64,000 bases of DNA from NCBI GenBank assembly GCA_043743535.1, contig JAYTWI010000009.1, positions 3,407 to 67,406 on the forward strand, written 5' to 3'. The notes beneath the pieces are model-generated. The model was given only the letters and a program-made list of their open reading frames with translations, was not told the DNA's origin and searched no databases. This document shows positions 20,162 through 30,250 of this stretch, one piece after another (the first letter of the stretch is position 1; every line of letters starts with the position of its first letter). A program made the position numbers and the translations under genes. This DNA is from Candidatus Moraniibacteriota bacterium. Lineage in GTDB: Bacteria > Patescibacteriota > Minisyncoccia > Moranbacterales > UBA1568.

Positions 20162-21202
20162 ATGGCCAAGGCAAAACAGGGGGAAATATCAGGCAAAGAC
20201 AAACTGAAGAGCGTGGTAGATGCTATCGAAGAAAAGTTCGGCGAAGGCATCATCATGAAACTGGGTGATATGCGCAAAGTCGATGTCGAAGCTATCCCAA
20301 CTGGTTCGGTGTCGATCGATATCGCCCTCGGAATCGGTGGGGTGCCGCGTGGCCGCATCGTCGAGATCTATGGTCCGGAGTCTTCCGGCAAGACAACGCT
20401 CTCGCTCCATATCGTGGCCAACGCCCAAAAGGCAGGTGGCATCGCAGCCTATGTCGATGCCGAGCACGCGCTCGATCCAGACTACGCTAAGCGCATCGGC
20501 GTTAATACAGCCGACCTCCTCATTTCTCAGCCGGACACAGGCGAGCAAGCCCTCGATATCGTGGAGACTCTGGTACGATCCAATATGGTGGATGTTATCG
20601 TTATCGATTCAGTGGCGGCTCTGGTACCCAAAGCAGAGATCGAAGGCGAGATGGGGGATCAACACGTGGGGCGCCAAGCCCGACTGATGTCTCAGGCCTT
20701 GAGGAAATTAACGGCTATCATCGCTCGTTCTAATGTGGTGGTGATTTTCATCAACCAGATTCGTATAAAGATTGGGGTGATGTTCGGTAACCCGGAAACA
20801 ACGAGTGGCGGTCAGGCCTTGAAATTTTACTCCTCCGTGCGTATTGAGATCAGACGTTCAGCCCAGATTAAGAAAGGGGAGGACGTGGTAGGAAATCGGG
20901 TCAAAGTCAAAATCGTCAAAAACAAAGTAGCAGCGCCATTCAAGACCGCAGAATTTGATATTATGTACAACGAGGGTATTTCTTTGGCCGGCGATGTGCT
21001 CGACAGCGGGGTGAAGTATGCGGTGCTCAAAAAATCGGGCAACTCTTTCATCTACGGCGATGTCAAGTTAGGAGCTGGGCGGGAAAGTGCCAAGGCGTTT
21101 CTCAAAGAAAATTTGAAAGTACAAAACGAAATCGAGCAGCTCATTCTCAAAAGATCCAAGGAAGCGATGCCAGAAATCCAAGGTGGAGAGGAAGAAAAAT
21201 AA
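20162..21202 (+). CDS. recA: recombinase RecA
   Basis: [60 protein letters not shown]. Confidence 0.95.
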   Translation: MAKAKQGEISGKDKLKSVVDAIEEKFGEGIIMKLGDMRKVDVEAIPTGSVSIDIALGIGGVPRGRIVEIYGPESSGKTTLSLHIVANAQKAGGIAAYVDAEHALDPDYAKRIGVNTADLLISQPDTGEQALDIVETLVRSNMVDVIVIDSVAALVPKAEIEGEMGDQHVGRQARLMSQALRKLTAIIARSNVVVIFINQIRIKIGVMFGNPETTSGGQALKFYSSVRIEIRRSAQIKKGEDVVGNRVKVKIVKNKVAAPFKTAEFDIMYNEGISLAGDVLDSGVKYAVLKKSGNSFIYGDVKLGAGRESAKAFLKENLKVQNEIEQLILKRSKEAMPEIQGGEEEK

Positions 21203-21233
21203 TTGCTCTGTCTGTTCGTGTGAGCCAGTCGCT

Positions 21234-21980
21234 ATGTCTTTTGTCAGTCGTTTCAACACCATCATAGAAAAACGGGGAGCTTCTTTGACCTGGAAGCTCT
21301 CCCTCCATACCACTTGGTTTAGCACAGTAGTGTTTTTGGTTTGTCTCTGGTACCTGATACTTGTGGAACAAGAGACATTGCCAGTGACAGTGAATAAGGC
21401 ATTGGCTGATACAGCGATGGTGCTCATTGGTCTGTCGTTTGCTTTATCTGGGCTGTGCTACTTCTGGGATGTGGTTGACACGAAAATCGTCTATCGCAAG
21501 TACCTGGGACTTTTTGGTTTCGCTTTCGGTTTGGGACACGCGGTGATGTCTGACATTTTTTATTTTGTGTTCAAGCCGCACGGCTATGAACATAATCCAA
21601 TTTTTGAATTGACTCACCAGTGGGACTTTCATTTTTTTGTCATTTCCAATCTCTATGCTTTCGCGGCCGCTGTGGTTTCGCTTTGTATCTATGCACTGAT
21701 GGCCATCATCTCCAACCAGTACGCCATACACGAACTAGGCGGGGTGTGGTGGCGCAGGATTCTGCGGATCGGTTATCTTGCCTATATTCTATCGGCATTT
21801 CATTTTTCGCTCAAGAACATTCCTGATTGGATAGAGCTTTTGGAGGGGGGAAATTTCACTCTGCCGCCGCTCAACTTCATTCTTCTTCTTCTGGTGCTTT
21901 TTGTGGTGGTCTTGCGCCTCGCTTTGTGGCGGTCACTGGCGCATCAGGCCAAAATAGTGGCTGCTTCTTCGATTCTATAA
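21234..21980 (+). CDS. integral membrane protein (possibly ferric-reductase/MsrQ-like His-containing TM domain)
   Basis: six hydrophobic helices with conserved His (FGLGHAVMS, FHFSLKN); alternative GTG start at 21183 overlaps recA end. Confidence 0.45.
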   Translation: MSFVSRFNTIIEKRGASLTWKLSLHTTWFSTVVFLVCLWYLILVEQETLPVTVNKALADTAMVLIGLSFALSGLCYFWDVVDTKIVYRKYLGLFGFAFGLGHAVMSDIFYFVFKPHGYEHNPIFELTHQWDFHFFVISNLYAFAAAVVSLCIYALMAIISNQYAIHELGGVWWRRILRIGYLAYILSAFHFSLKNIPDWIELLEGGNFTLPPLNFILLLLVLFVVVLRLALWRSLAHQAKIVAASSIL

Positions 21981-22067
21981 GACTCTACAATTTTTTTGGG
22001 TAAGAAAAAAGCACGAGCCGTCGCTGCGGTGTGCTTTGGTGGTTTCCGGAACCGGTGTCCAGATCGG

Positions 22068-22676
22068 TCAGAGGTGCAGACCCCCGTTTCCTTCATGAAG
22101 GTGACGTTGGGGGCTGCGATGATCATTTTCCGCAGCGTGCGGATGAGGCGGATGGGTGAGATACGGAGCGCCGTGATTCAGGTGCTCGGGCACCTGCGGC
22201 AGCAGATCGTGCGCTTCATCGATGGTGATGAGGCGCTGGTCGGTGGTGAGGATGATCCGGACGTCGATCTTTGGCATCTGTTCCGCTGACCTAGAAAAGT
22301 GATCCATTGCGCCCGCGAGCATCTTCTTGGCGCTTGTCAGGTGATAACGAAGATCGCTCTGGGCGCCAGTCCCGATTTTCTCGGAGTGGTAGCGTCCACA
22401 GAACTGGCAGTTGGTGTGCGGCCAGAGATGAAAGACATTCGATCGCGCGATGTCACTGCAGCTCCGAAGCAAGGCGTAAAATGCCTCGCGACAGTTAGAT
22501 CGAGTGAACAGATGTACACCGCCTGGAGTACGAATGATGTCCTTGTCACGAATCAAGCCGCCCTGTTCGCGGATGAGGCCGATCTGCGTTCCTACGATTT
22601 CATCAATACGGTCGTCGTAGCACGTGAGGATCACGTGTCGTGCCGCCGGCTCGTCGTTACTGGTTTCGCTTTGCAT
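22068..22676 (-). CDS. hypothetical protein with beta-carbonic-anhydrase-like CxDxR ... HxxC motifs, in a GC-rich (~58%) patch
   Basis: longest ORF spanning the patch; GAGGA RBS 8 nt upstream of ATG (minus strand); motifs TCYDDRIDE and HTNCQFCG. Confidence 0.4.
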   Translation of the reverse strand: MQSETSNDEPAARHVILTCYDDRIDEIVGTQIGLIREQGGLIRDKDIIRTPGGVHLFTRSNCREAFYALLRSCSDIARSNVFHLWPHTNCQFCGRYHSEKIGTGAQSDLRYHLTSAKKMLAGAMDHFSRSAEQMPKIDVRIILTTDQRLITIDEAHDLLPQVPEHLNHGAPYLTHPPHPHAAENDHRSPQRHLHEGNGGLHL

Positions 22677-22862
22677 TATTCAAATCCTCGGGTTGGTGTT
22701 GTTTACGAACTACGCTGAAACAAAAAGATTGATCATGCCACGGAAGTTTCCCTTGGGAGTACCAAGTGTTAACTTAGGTAACAGGACCAACCTTCACAGT
22801 ATCAAGAAAAATCGTCTTTTTGTCAAGGTAGCAAGAGCATTCGTATGCTACAATAGGACTGT

Positions 22863-24131
22863 ATGAAAAAATCAATGGCTTTGGTATTTTCAATCGCACT
22901 TGGCGGAGGCTTTCTCGGCTTTCTTTTGGCTATGCCGGTACAAGATAAAAGGGCTCTTGCTTCTACCGATTGTAGCGCTAACGATACTCAGTGCCTGAGT
23001 GATCAGATCGGGAGTTTCGAGAAGAAACTGAAGGATGCCACCAAGAAGAAAGATGCTTTAACCCAGGATCTTAATCAGATTAATTCCTCGCTCACCTCGA
23101 CTCAACAACTGATAAAGCGGACAGAGAGTCTGCTCACACAGACTACGCAGACCATCAATCAGAAAGAGCAAGAGATCGCCAATCTCGAGTTGCAGCTGCT
23201 TCTGGAAAGGAAAGTTTTGGCTGGGTTAATCCAAGAGCTCTACGCCACGGGTAAAGTGCCGTTGGTCGAAGTGCTTTTGGCTGAAGATGATATACAGAGT
23301 CTTTTCCAAAACAACGATAGCCTCCTTTCGACCCAGGAGAAGATGCAGGGGGTGATCCAGGATATTAATGTTATGCGTGGCAAAGTGGGGGATGAGAAAG
23401 CATCGCTTGAGGATGTCAAAAAAGATCATGAAACCCTCCTTGCCATTAAGAATAAACAGAAACAAGCGCTGATTGCGGACAAGGTGGATACACAATCAAG
23501 CATCAAGGATCAGCAGACTATCATCGCTAAGTTGCAGGGTAAGCTTAGCAAATTGAAGGGGGATTTGAATCAGTTATTGGGAAAGTCGTATAGTACCGAT
23601 GATGTCTGGAAGGCAGTGAAAACGGCCAGTAAACAAACAGGGGTACCCAAGGGTATTCTGATGGGCTTTTTGGGTACGGAAACCCATTTTGCCGGCAATG
23701 TCGGCACGGGCACGTACAAAACAGATATGAACCCGAGCCAGCGTAGCACCTTTGAAGATATCTGCAGTGCTCTCGGGGTCAATCCTTCCAAGATGCCTGT
23801 TTCTCGGCGCGTTTGTTATAATCCGAAAGCGAAAGATGGTTGCGGCGGGTGGGGTGGGGCAATGGGGGTGGCGCAGTTCATCCCGACGACTTGGACAGGT
23901 TATAGTAGCAATGTCTCTTCCATTACTGGCAATTCCCCAGCCAATCCTTGGAATCTTGATGATGGCATCACGGCCATGGCTTTGAAACTCAAAAGAACGC
24001 CCGGCATCACCGACGGCAAACGGAGTGCCATCAAACAAGCTACGTGCAGCTATCTTGGGACTTGCAGCCAATCGTATATCAACAGCGTTCTCTACTGGAT
24101 GGATAATTACGAGAAAGTTTTGGGGAATTAA
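22863..24131 (+). CDS. secreted coiled-coil protein with C-terminal lytic transglycosylase (SLT-like) domain
   Basis: signal peptide MKKSMALVFSIALGGGFLGFLLA; long heptad-rich segment; GAMGVAQFIPTTW similar to SLT/MltB QF(I/M)P(S/T)TW motif. Confidence 0.6.
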   Translation: MKKSMALVFSIALGGGFLGFLLAMPVQDKRALASTDCSANDTQCLSDQIGSFEKKLKDATKKKDALTQDLNQINSSLTSTQQLIKRTESLLTQTTQTINQKEQEIANLELQLLLERKVLAGLIQELYATGKVPLVEVLLAEDDIQSLFQNNDSLLSTQEKMQGVIQDINVMRGKVGDEKASLEDVKKDHETLLAIKNKQKQALIADKVDTQSSIKDQQTIIAKLQGKLSKLKGDLNQLLGKSYSTDDVWKAVKTASKQTGVPKGILMGFLGTETHFAGNVGTGTYKTDMNPSQRSTFEDICSALGVNPSKMPVSRRVCYNPKAKDGCGGWGGAMGVAQFIPTTWTGYSSNVSSITGNSPANPWNLDDGITAMALKLKRTPGITDGKRSAIKQATCSYLGTCSQSYINSVLYWMDNYEKVLGN

Positions 24132-24362
24132 CGACTGATTGCAAGACTACTTGCCAAAGGAGATCGTTTCTGGTAGGCTAAGGAAACAACTGAGAAAGTC
24201 CGACGCTTCTCCCGCTCGTTCGCCTTCAGGCGAAAAAGACTCGGAGGGGCAGAATTCCCTTGGAATGTGATTTTCTCCTGTTGGGATTTTTTTTGTTAAT
24301 TTGGGCTGAAAGCTTGTCGACGCTCGGGCGTTGATCAGGTTCAAAGTCATAAGTCGTCCATT

Positions 24363-24863
24363 ATGGTTGAATACGAGTTGTTTTATCTCGTGGGTGAATT
24401 GAAGGAGAGTGAATTGCCCCGGATCAAGGAAGAAGTGGAGAAGCTGGTGGTAACACACGGTGGAACATTCTTGCCCCCACAGACGGAAGAAAAGCGTAAG
24501 TTTGCTTACCCAGTGAAGAAGGAAATTCGCGGCACTTATATTGCCCGACGTTTTACCTTGCCGGATGCCGATGAGAAAGAAGGAAAGATAGAAGAAGTAC
24601 ATCCGTTGGCCTTGATCAATCGCGCTTTGCAACTTTCCAAGGATGTCTTGCGTTTTCTTTTGCTGCACGCTCACGACCTACCAGAACTGAAAGCGATCGA
24701 ACGTGAGGAACGTCCACGCACAGAGAATCGAGGTAATCGTTATGAACGTCGTGGTTCGGTTCGGCCAATGCCGCAAGCCCCGATTGCGCCTAAGGAAGAG
24801 GAAAAGAGGCCAGTTAGTACCGAGCAAATCGATGAACAACTCAAAGACGTTTTAAATATTTAA
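24363..24863 (+). CDS. rpsF: 30S ribosomal protein S6 with C-terminal extension
   Basis: MVEYELFYLV...KFAYPVKKEIRGTYI matches S6 N-terminal domain; gene order rpsF-ssb-rpsR. Confidence 0.85.
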   Translation: MVEYELFYLVGELKESELPRIKEEVEKLVVTHGGTFLPPQTEEKRKFAYPVKKEIRGTYIARRFTLPDADEKEGKIEEVHPLALINRALQLSKDVLRFLLLHAHDLPELKAIEREERPRTENRGNRYERRGSVRPMPQAPIAPKEEEKRPVSTEQIDEQLKDVLNI

Positions 24864-24899
24864 TCATGAGTAGCCTGTTAGGGTTGCGAAGAAAAAAGT

Positions 24900-25388
24900 A
24901 TGAACGTAAACAAAGTCATTCTCGTTGGGCGGTTGACTCGCGATCCGGATATGCGGACGACCACGAGCGGCCAGTCGGTAGCTACCCTTTCGATGGCCAC
25001 CAATAATTTTTGGACGGACAAAGGCGGGACGCGCCAAGAGCGCACCGAATTCCACACCGTTATCCTGTGGAGTCGTCTCTCTGAAATTGCTGGTCAGTAT
25101 CTGACCAAGGGTCAGGAGTGTTATATCGAAGGTCGCCTGCAGACCAGGGAATATACGGCCAAAGATGGCTCGCAGCGCAAAGTGACGGAAGTGGTGGGCG
25201 AAACGATGCAGCTCGGCAGCCGTGCACAGGGACAAGGGAGTGGAAGTGCCCCCCGTCCTCAGGGGGTGGCACCGAAGAGTGCTGGAAATAATCAGGCCAG
25301 TGCCCCTGCACCGATGGAGGAAGAGATCCCAACCATCAACCTCGATGATGAGAAGGATGAGATCAAGATTGAAGACGTACCATTTTAA
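24900..25388 (+). CDS. ssb: single-stranded DNA-binding protein
   Basis: VILVGRLTRDPDMR...FHTVILWSRLSEIAGQYLTKGQECYIEGRLQTREY OB fold, acidic C-terminal tail ...DDEKDEIKIEDVPF. Confidence 0.9.
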   Translation: MNVNKVILVGRLTRDPDMRTTTSGQSVATLSMATNNFWTDKGGTRQERTEFHTVILWSRLSEIAGQYLTKGQECYIEGRLQTREYTAKDGSQRKVTEVVGETMQLGSRAQGQGSGSAPRPQGVAPKSAGNNQASAPAPMEEEIPTINLDDEKDEIKIEDVPF

Positions 25389-25412
25389 TATTACTTTTCA
25401 ACGCTCAAACCT

Positions 25413-25607
25413 ATGGAAGCAGCAATGAGTAAGAAGCTCGCCAAAATCGATTACAAGGATGCTTATTTTTTGCGTCGTTTTCTCAATTCGCAGGGAAAAA
25501 TGTATCCGCCAAAGCGCCATGGACTCTCAGCTAAGGAACAGCGCGGGTTGGCCAATGCTGTGAAGCGTGCGCGTTTTATGGCTCTCATCCCTTACCTCGT
25601 GAGATAA
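25413..25607 (+). CDS. rpsR: 30S ribosomal protein S18
   Basis: IDYKDAYFLRRFLNSQGKMYPPKRHGLSAKEQRGLANAVKRARFMALIPY. Confidence 0.85.
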   Translation: MEAAMSKKLAKIDYKDAYFLRRFLNSQGKMYPPKRHGLSAKEQRGLANAVKRARFMALIPYLVR

Positions 25608-25617
25608 GACAAACGTT

Positions 25618-26175
25618 ATGTTGGGAATTACCGAAATAAAAACGGGCCGCAATATTATCTGGCAAAACGAGCCCTATCTCGTGATTGATTATCTTCATTC
25701 AATGATCGGGCGGGGCGGGGCGGTGATGCGCACCAAACTGAAGAATTTGATTACTGGGTCGGTAATCGATATTACTTTTGCTGGGGCGGAAAAAGTCGAG
25801 GAGGCCGAGATTTCCAAATCACACGCTCAGTACCTATACCATGAGGGCGAGGAATACCAGTTCATGGATACCAAGACCTATGATCAATTTTTTCTCCCCA
25901 AAGCAGTTTTGGGGAACGCGACGGATTATTTGATTGAGGGGACTGAGGTAAGCATTCTCAATTGGAATACTCATCCCATCAATATTGAGGTACCGGTCAA
26001 GGTGACACTCGTGGTGACGGATGCCCCACCTGGGCTCAAAGGGGATACTGCTTCTGGTGGTGACAAGGTGGTGACCTTGGAAACCGGACTGCAGGTGACA
26101 ACGCCGCTCTTTGTCAAGACAGGTGACAGCATCATCGTCAATACCGAAAAGGGTACCTACGTGTCGCGCGCCTAA
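25618..26175 (+). CDS. efp: elongation factor P
   Basis: IKTGRNIIWQNEPYLVIDYLHSMIGRGGAVMRTKLKNLITGSVID ... three-domain length 185 aa. Confidence 0.9.
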   Translation: MLGITEIKTGRNIIWQNEPYLVIDYLHSMIGRGGAVMRTKLKNLITGSVIDITFAGAEKVEEAEISKSHAQYLYHEGEEYQFMDTKTYDQFFLPKAVLGNATDYLIEGTEVSILNWNTHPINIEVPVKVTLVVTDAPPGLKGDTASGGDKVVTLETGLQVTTPLFVKTGDSIIVNTEKGTYVSRA

Positions 26176-26341
26176 GGTAAAAAAGCTCTGCTCAAAATGG
26201 AGGGCTTTTTGCTTTTTTATCGAATAAATAGGCCTATTTTCTGATTATCTGGCACTTGCCTTTTCCCTGAAAAAAGGCTAGAATAGAGGAAGAAAGCCTG
26301 TCTAGGGAATGGCTTTTTGTTTGTAGAAAGAAGCTTCTTTT

Positions 26342-26746
26342 TTGACAGAAATTATGTCGCTAAACGCTTATTTGTGGGGAGTACGGCTGTTTACACTTCT
26401 CTCTCTGTGCGCGTGGTTCGGGGTTATCATGGCGGTTGACCCAGAACAGGCCGGTTTCGTTGGGATAGGACTCTTTTTTACTAGTCTTTTTGCTTTCTTG
26501 TTGGGCGGCCTGACACTTTGTTTTACCTTCTTCTACCGCAAGGTGTTAGGTGAGGAGAGTGCCGCTCATTATCTCGGCAGCATATTTCGGCAAGCGTTCC
26601 TGTTGGCGTCCTATGTCTGTATCATTATTTTTTTTCAGTGGCAGCAGATACTGACCTGGTGGGATTTTCTTTTACTATTGGCGGCAGTGTTACTGGTAGA
26701 ATTTTCTTTTCGTGAGCTTTCTCGTGAGGGTCGCACAGACCATTAA
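26342..26746 (+). CDS. hypothetical membrane protein (4 predicted TM helices)
   Basis: hydrophobic ORF between efp and gyrB. Confidence 0.4.
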   Translation: MTEIMSLNAYLWGVRLFTLLSLCAWFGVIMAVDPEQAGFVGIGLFFTSLFAFLLGGLTLCFTFFYRKVLGEESAAHYLGSIFRQAFLLASYVCIIIFFQWQQILTWWDFLLLLAAVLLVEFSFRELSREGRTDH

Positions 26747-26759
26747 GTTTTAGTAGTGA

Positions 26760-28826
26760 ATGAAATCTATGGCTCCCAAAAAAACAGAACAAACAGAGTA
26801 CGGCGCTAAATCTATCCAGGTGTTGGAAGGATTGGATCCAGTACGGAAACGCCCTGGAATGTATATTGGGGGTACTTCGCTCGAAGGTCTGCACCATTTA
26901 GTGTGGGAAGTAGTCAACAACTCGATTGACGAGGCTATGGCAGGGCACTGCACGGAAATTTCGGTGCGACTGTTACCGGATAATTGGGTGGAAATAGCTG
27001 ACAACGGGCGCGGCATTCCAGTGGATATTCACCCCCAGACCAAGAAATCAACGCTCGAGACGGTGATGACAGTGCTCCATGCCGGTGGTAAATTTGGGGG
27101 CGAGGGCTACAAAATTTCCGGAGGCTTGCACGGCGTCGGCGTGTCGGTAGTGAATGCCTTGTCACTTCATACCGAGGTGACGGTGGAACGACAAGGGAAG
27201 GTGTGGTTTCATTCCTACAAGCGGGGTAAGCCAGAGGGTGTAGTCAAGCCGATTGGTAAATCAGATCGCACCGGAACGAAAGTGGCTTTTCAAGCAGACC
27301 CAGAAATTTTTCCCGAAATATCGTATTCTTGGTCCAAGATTTTGGAGTACCTGCGCTATCAGGCTTTTTTGACCAAAGGGGTACGTATTACTACTGAAGA
27401 TTGGCGGCAGGTAGTGGATGAAAAAGAGGCCTACAAAGTGAAACGCCACTCGTTCTATTTCGACTCGGGCATTGTTTCCTTCGTCAAGTTTTTGAATCGG
27501 AAAAAGGAAGTGAAGAATGTGGTGCCGTTCTATGTTGAGAAAGATATCGATGGTATGAATGTCGAGGTTTCTGTGCAATTTACGGATGGTTTCAAAGAGC
27601 ATCTCTTTGCTTTCGCCAATAATATCGTCAATCCGGGAGGTGGGACTCACGTCACCGGTTTCAAAATGGCACTCACTCGCGTCTTGAATGACTACGCCAA
27701 GAAGAATAATCTGATCAAGGAAAAGGAAGGTTCGATGACTTCGGAGGATTTGGCCGAGGGCTTGACGGCGGTGGTATCGGTCAAGCTGCCTAACCCACAG
27801 TTTGAAGGCCAGACCAAGGACAAACTCAACAACACGGAAGTGCGTGGCGCGGTCTCGTCGGTGACGGCCGAGGGCCTAAATGAATTTTTAGAAACCCATC
27901 CGGCGGATGCCAAAGCCATGATCGAGAAGTGTCTCCTCACGGTGCGGGCGCGTATCGCCGCGCGAGCCGCCAAAGACGCGGTCTTGCGTAAGGGGGCGCT
28001 CGAGGGGATGACGCTCCCTGGGAAATTAGCTGACTGTACCAGTCGTGACGCTTCTCGTTCTGAAGTCTACATCGTCGAAGGGGATTCGGCCGGTGGCAGT
28101 GCCAAACAGGGTCGCAATCGTATGTTTCAAGCTATCTTGCCGCTACGCGGGAAGTTAGTGAACGTCGAAAAGACCAGTCTCGATAAGGTAGTGAAATCTG
28201 ATACTCTGAAACCGATTATCATCGCCTTGGGCACCGGTATCGGAGAGACATTTGATATCGCCAAACTGCGCTACCACAAGGTCATCATTATGGCCGATGC
28301 CGATGTCGATGGTTCGCACATCCGGACGTTACTGCTGACCTTTTTCTATCGTTACTACGAATCGCTGGTGCGTGGCGGGCATATCTTTATCGCTCAGCCA
28401 CCACTCTATCGTTTGGCTAAGGGCAAAGTGGTGCATTATGTCTACACCGAAGAAGAAAAAAATCGTACTTTGGAAGCGATGAAAAAAGAGGCGTTGGTGA
28501 AAGCTACTGCCAAGAAAGATAAAAAAGCCAAGGAAAGAGAGGCTGCTTCAGAAGAAGCTCCAGCAGAAGAGTCGGCTGAAACTGCTGAGGGCAATGAAAA
28601 CGTTGGCGGCGTCTCTATTCAGCGCTACAAAGGTCTGGGAGAGATGAATCCTGACCAGCTGTGGGAAACGACTATGAATCCGGATAACCGGGTGATGCTT
28701 AAGGTCACTATCGAAGACGCCGAAGAGGCGGACGAGCTGTTCGACATCCTGATGGGCAGCGAAGTGGAGCCACGTCGGCGCTTTATTCAGACCCACGCCA
28801 AGGCGGTGAAGAATTTGGACATCTAA
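26760..28826 (+). CDS. gyrB: DNA gyrase subunit B
   Basis: GHKL ATPase (GLHHLVWEVVNNSIDEAMAG, GGLHGVGVSVVNALS), TOPRIM (EVYIVEGDSAGGSAKQGRNRMFQAILPLRGK), QRYKGLGEMNPDQLWETTM. Confidence 0.95.
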   Translation: MKSMAPKKTEQTEYGAKSIQVLEGLDPVRKRPGMYIGGTSLEGLHHLVWEVVNNSIDEAMAGHCTEISVRLLPDNWVEIADNGRGIPVDIHPQTKKSTLETVMTVLHAGGKFGGEGYKISGGLHGVGVSVVNALSLHTEVTVERQGKVWFHSYKRGKPEGVVKPIGKSDRTGTKVAFQADPEIFPEISYSWSKILEYLRYQAFLTKGVRITTEDWRQVVDEKEAYKVKRHSFYFDSGIVSFVKFLNRKKEVKNVVPFYVEKDIDGMNVEVSVQFTDGFKEHLFAFANNIVNPGGGTHVTGFKMALTRVLNDYAKKNNLIKEKEGSMTSEDLAEGLTAVVSVKLPNPQFEGQTKDKLNNTEVRGAVSSVTAEGLNEFLETHPADAKAMIEKCLLTVRARIAARAAKDAVLRKGALEGMTLPGKLADCTSRDASRSEVYIVEGDSAGGSAKQGRNRMFQAILPLRGKLVNVEKTSLDKVVKSDTLKPIIIALGTGIGETFDIAKLRYHKVIIMADADVDGSHIRTLLLTFFYRYYESLVRGGHIFIAQPPLYRLAKGKVVHYVYTEEEKNRTLEAMKKEALVKATAKKDKKAKEREAASEEAPAEESAETAEGNENVGGVSIQRYKGLGEMNPDQLWETTMNPDNRVMLKVTIEDAEEADELFDILMGSEVEPRRRFIQTHAKAVKNLDI

Positions 28827-28840
28827 AAGCCCTATGCGTT

Positions 28841-29092
28841 ATGAAGGGAAATGTAGTTCCTTTGCCCAAGGATGCCCCAAGCTCGGGTGAAAAGTACCAA
28901 CACTATAAGGGGGACAAGTATCGCGTGTTTGCCTTGGCGCTTCATTCCAATGATGATGAGTGGATGGTGATCTATGAACCGCTCTACAAAAATCCTGATG
29001 CCCCGCTCTTTACCCGCCCACTTCGGCAGTGGCGAGAAGAGGTAGTCTTTGAGAACCAGAAAATGCCCCGCTTTAGGCTTGTGGCTTCTTGA
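28841..29092 (+). CDS. DUF1653-family small protein
   Basis: YQHYKGDKYRVFALALHSNDDEWMVIYEPLY...FTRPLRQWREEV pattern typical of DUF1653. Confidence 0.6.
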   Translation: MKGNVVPLPKDAPSSGEKYQHYKGDKYRVFALALHSNDDEWMVIYEPLYKNPDAPLFTRPLRQWREEVVFENQKMPRFRLVAS

Positions 29093-29110
29093 CCTAAGAA
29101 GGCTTTTTTG
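29083..29110 (+). terminator. possible rho-independent terminator
   Basis: GGCTTCTT-gacct-AAGAAGGC hairpin (one mismatch) then TTTTTTG. Confidence 0.4.
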
Positions 29111-29195
29111 CTAGAATAGTTTTACTCAAAAGTTGCCGAGAGGAGGCTACTTTTGGTACACTCAAGAGGTAATTTTCCTCACTACCAGTTCTTCT

Positions 29196-29516
29196 ATGAA
29201 AATGCCTTTGGAAAATATTCAACCTCTCATCCGCTGCCCGATATGCAACAAGAAATATCGCAAGGCGATGATGCTCATCATCGATGAAGATGACAAACGT
29301 ACCACGCTCCACCTCACTTGCGATGGCTGTAGCGCTTCGACAATCGTTTTTGTTTCACTCGGTCAATTGGGGGTGGTGAGTCTCGGTATGCTGACCGACT
29401 TGGAGCACAGTGAGGCGCGCAAGGTTTTTCAGGGCGAGGCTATTTCTTCGGATAATGTTATTGAGGTTCATCAATTTCTCAAACGCTACACAGGGGGCGT
29501 CGAAGCCCTCATTTAA
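29196..29516 (+). CDS. hypothetical small zinc-ribbon protein
   Basis: CPICNKK...CDGCSAS CxxC-x-CxxC arrangement; start codon uncertain. Confidence 0.4.
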   Translation: MKMPLENIQPLIRCPICNKKYRKAMMLIIDEDDKRTTLHLTCDGCSASTIVFVSLGQLGVVSLGMLTDLEHSEARKVFQGEAISSDNVIEVHQFLKRYTGGVEALI

Positions 29517-29547
29517 TAATAACGCTAAATCATCAGGAGCATTTCTT

Positions 29548-30237
29548 ATGGCTGAACTCAAACTAGCAGTGACGACACGTGAAAAGATTTCCGGTAAAGC
29601 CCTGGTGCATGCGCGCAAGGAGGGTCGTATTCCGGCGGTGATGTATGGCCACGGTGACAAACCGCAGATGTTGTGGGTCAATGCATTAGCCTTTAGCAAG
29701 ACCTTTGCCAAAGCCGGTGGATCGAGTATCATCAGTCTCGATGTGGCGGATGGAAAGGGAGCGAGTGTTATTATTCAGGAAACAGAACTCGATCCTTTGA
29801 GCAACCGAGTATCACACGTTGATTTCTTTCAGGTCAGTATGGATGAAGAACTGGAAACGCATGTACCGCTCGAATTTGTCGGTGAGTCCCCTGCGGTGCG
29901 TGAATTAGGGGGCATCCTGATCAAGACCTTGGAAGAAGTGAGTATCACCTGTTTGCCGAAGGATTTGCCACATTCGATCGAAGTGAATGTTACCCTGCTT
30001 ACGGCATTGGGAGCCAACCTCCAAATCAAGGATCTCAAAATTCCTGCGGGTGTGAAGGTGCTGACAGATGAATTGACCACAATCGCTTTGATTGAAACAC
30101 CACGAACCGAAGCTCAGATGGCCGCTTTGAATGAAAAGGTAGATGTTGATGTCACCAAGGTGGAAGGGGTCGTCAAGGAAGAAGCTGCTGCCTCAGCTGA
30201 TGGGAAATCTGGCGAGAAGAAAGAAGAGAAGAAATAG
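29548..30237 (+). CDS. rplY: 50S ribosomal protein L25 / general stress protein Ctc
   Basis: MAELKLAVTTREKISGKALVHARKEGRIPAVMYGHGDKPQMLWVNALAF; the ORF-track start at 29410 is an upstream extension. Confidence 0.85.
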   Translation: MAELKLAVTTREKISGKALVHARKEGRIPAVMYGHGDKPQMLWVNALAFSKTFAKAGGSSIISLDVADGKGASVIIQETELDPLSNRVSHVDFFQVSMDEELETHVPLEFVGESPAVRELGGILIKTLEEVSITCLPKDLPHSIEVNVTLLTALGANLQIKDLKIPAGVKVLTDELTTIALIETPRTEAQMAALNEKVDVDVTKVEGVVKEEAAASADGKSGEKKEEKK

Positions 30238-30250
30238 CCTTCTTCTCGAG

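Noticed and set aside
21996-22718. Two plus-strand ORFs (97 and 139 aa) in the GC-rich patch
   Set aside because: They are shorter than and overlapped by the 202-aa minus-strand ORF, which has a proper RBS and metal-ligand-like motifs. High GC inflates ORFs in all frames. I kept only the minus-strand call, at low confidence.
26176-26341. Terminator or tRNA in the efp-downstream spacer
   Set aside because: Only weak A/U-rich hairpins are present (AAAAGCUCU...AGGGCUUUU with a mismatch). There is no tRNA T-arm motif. It is too uncertain to annotate.
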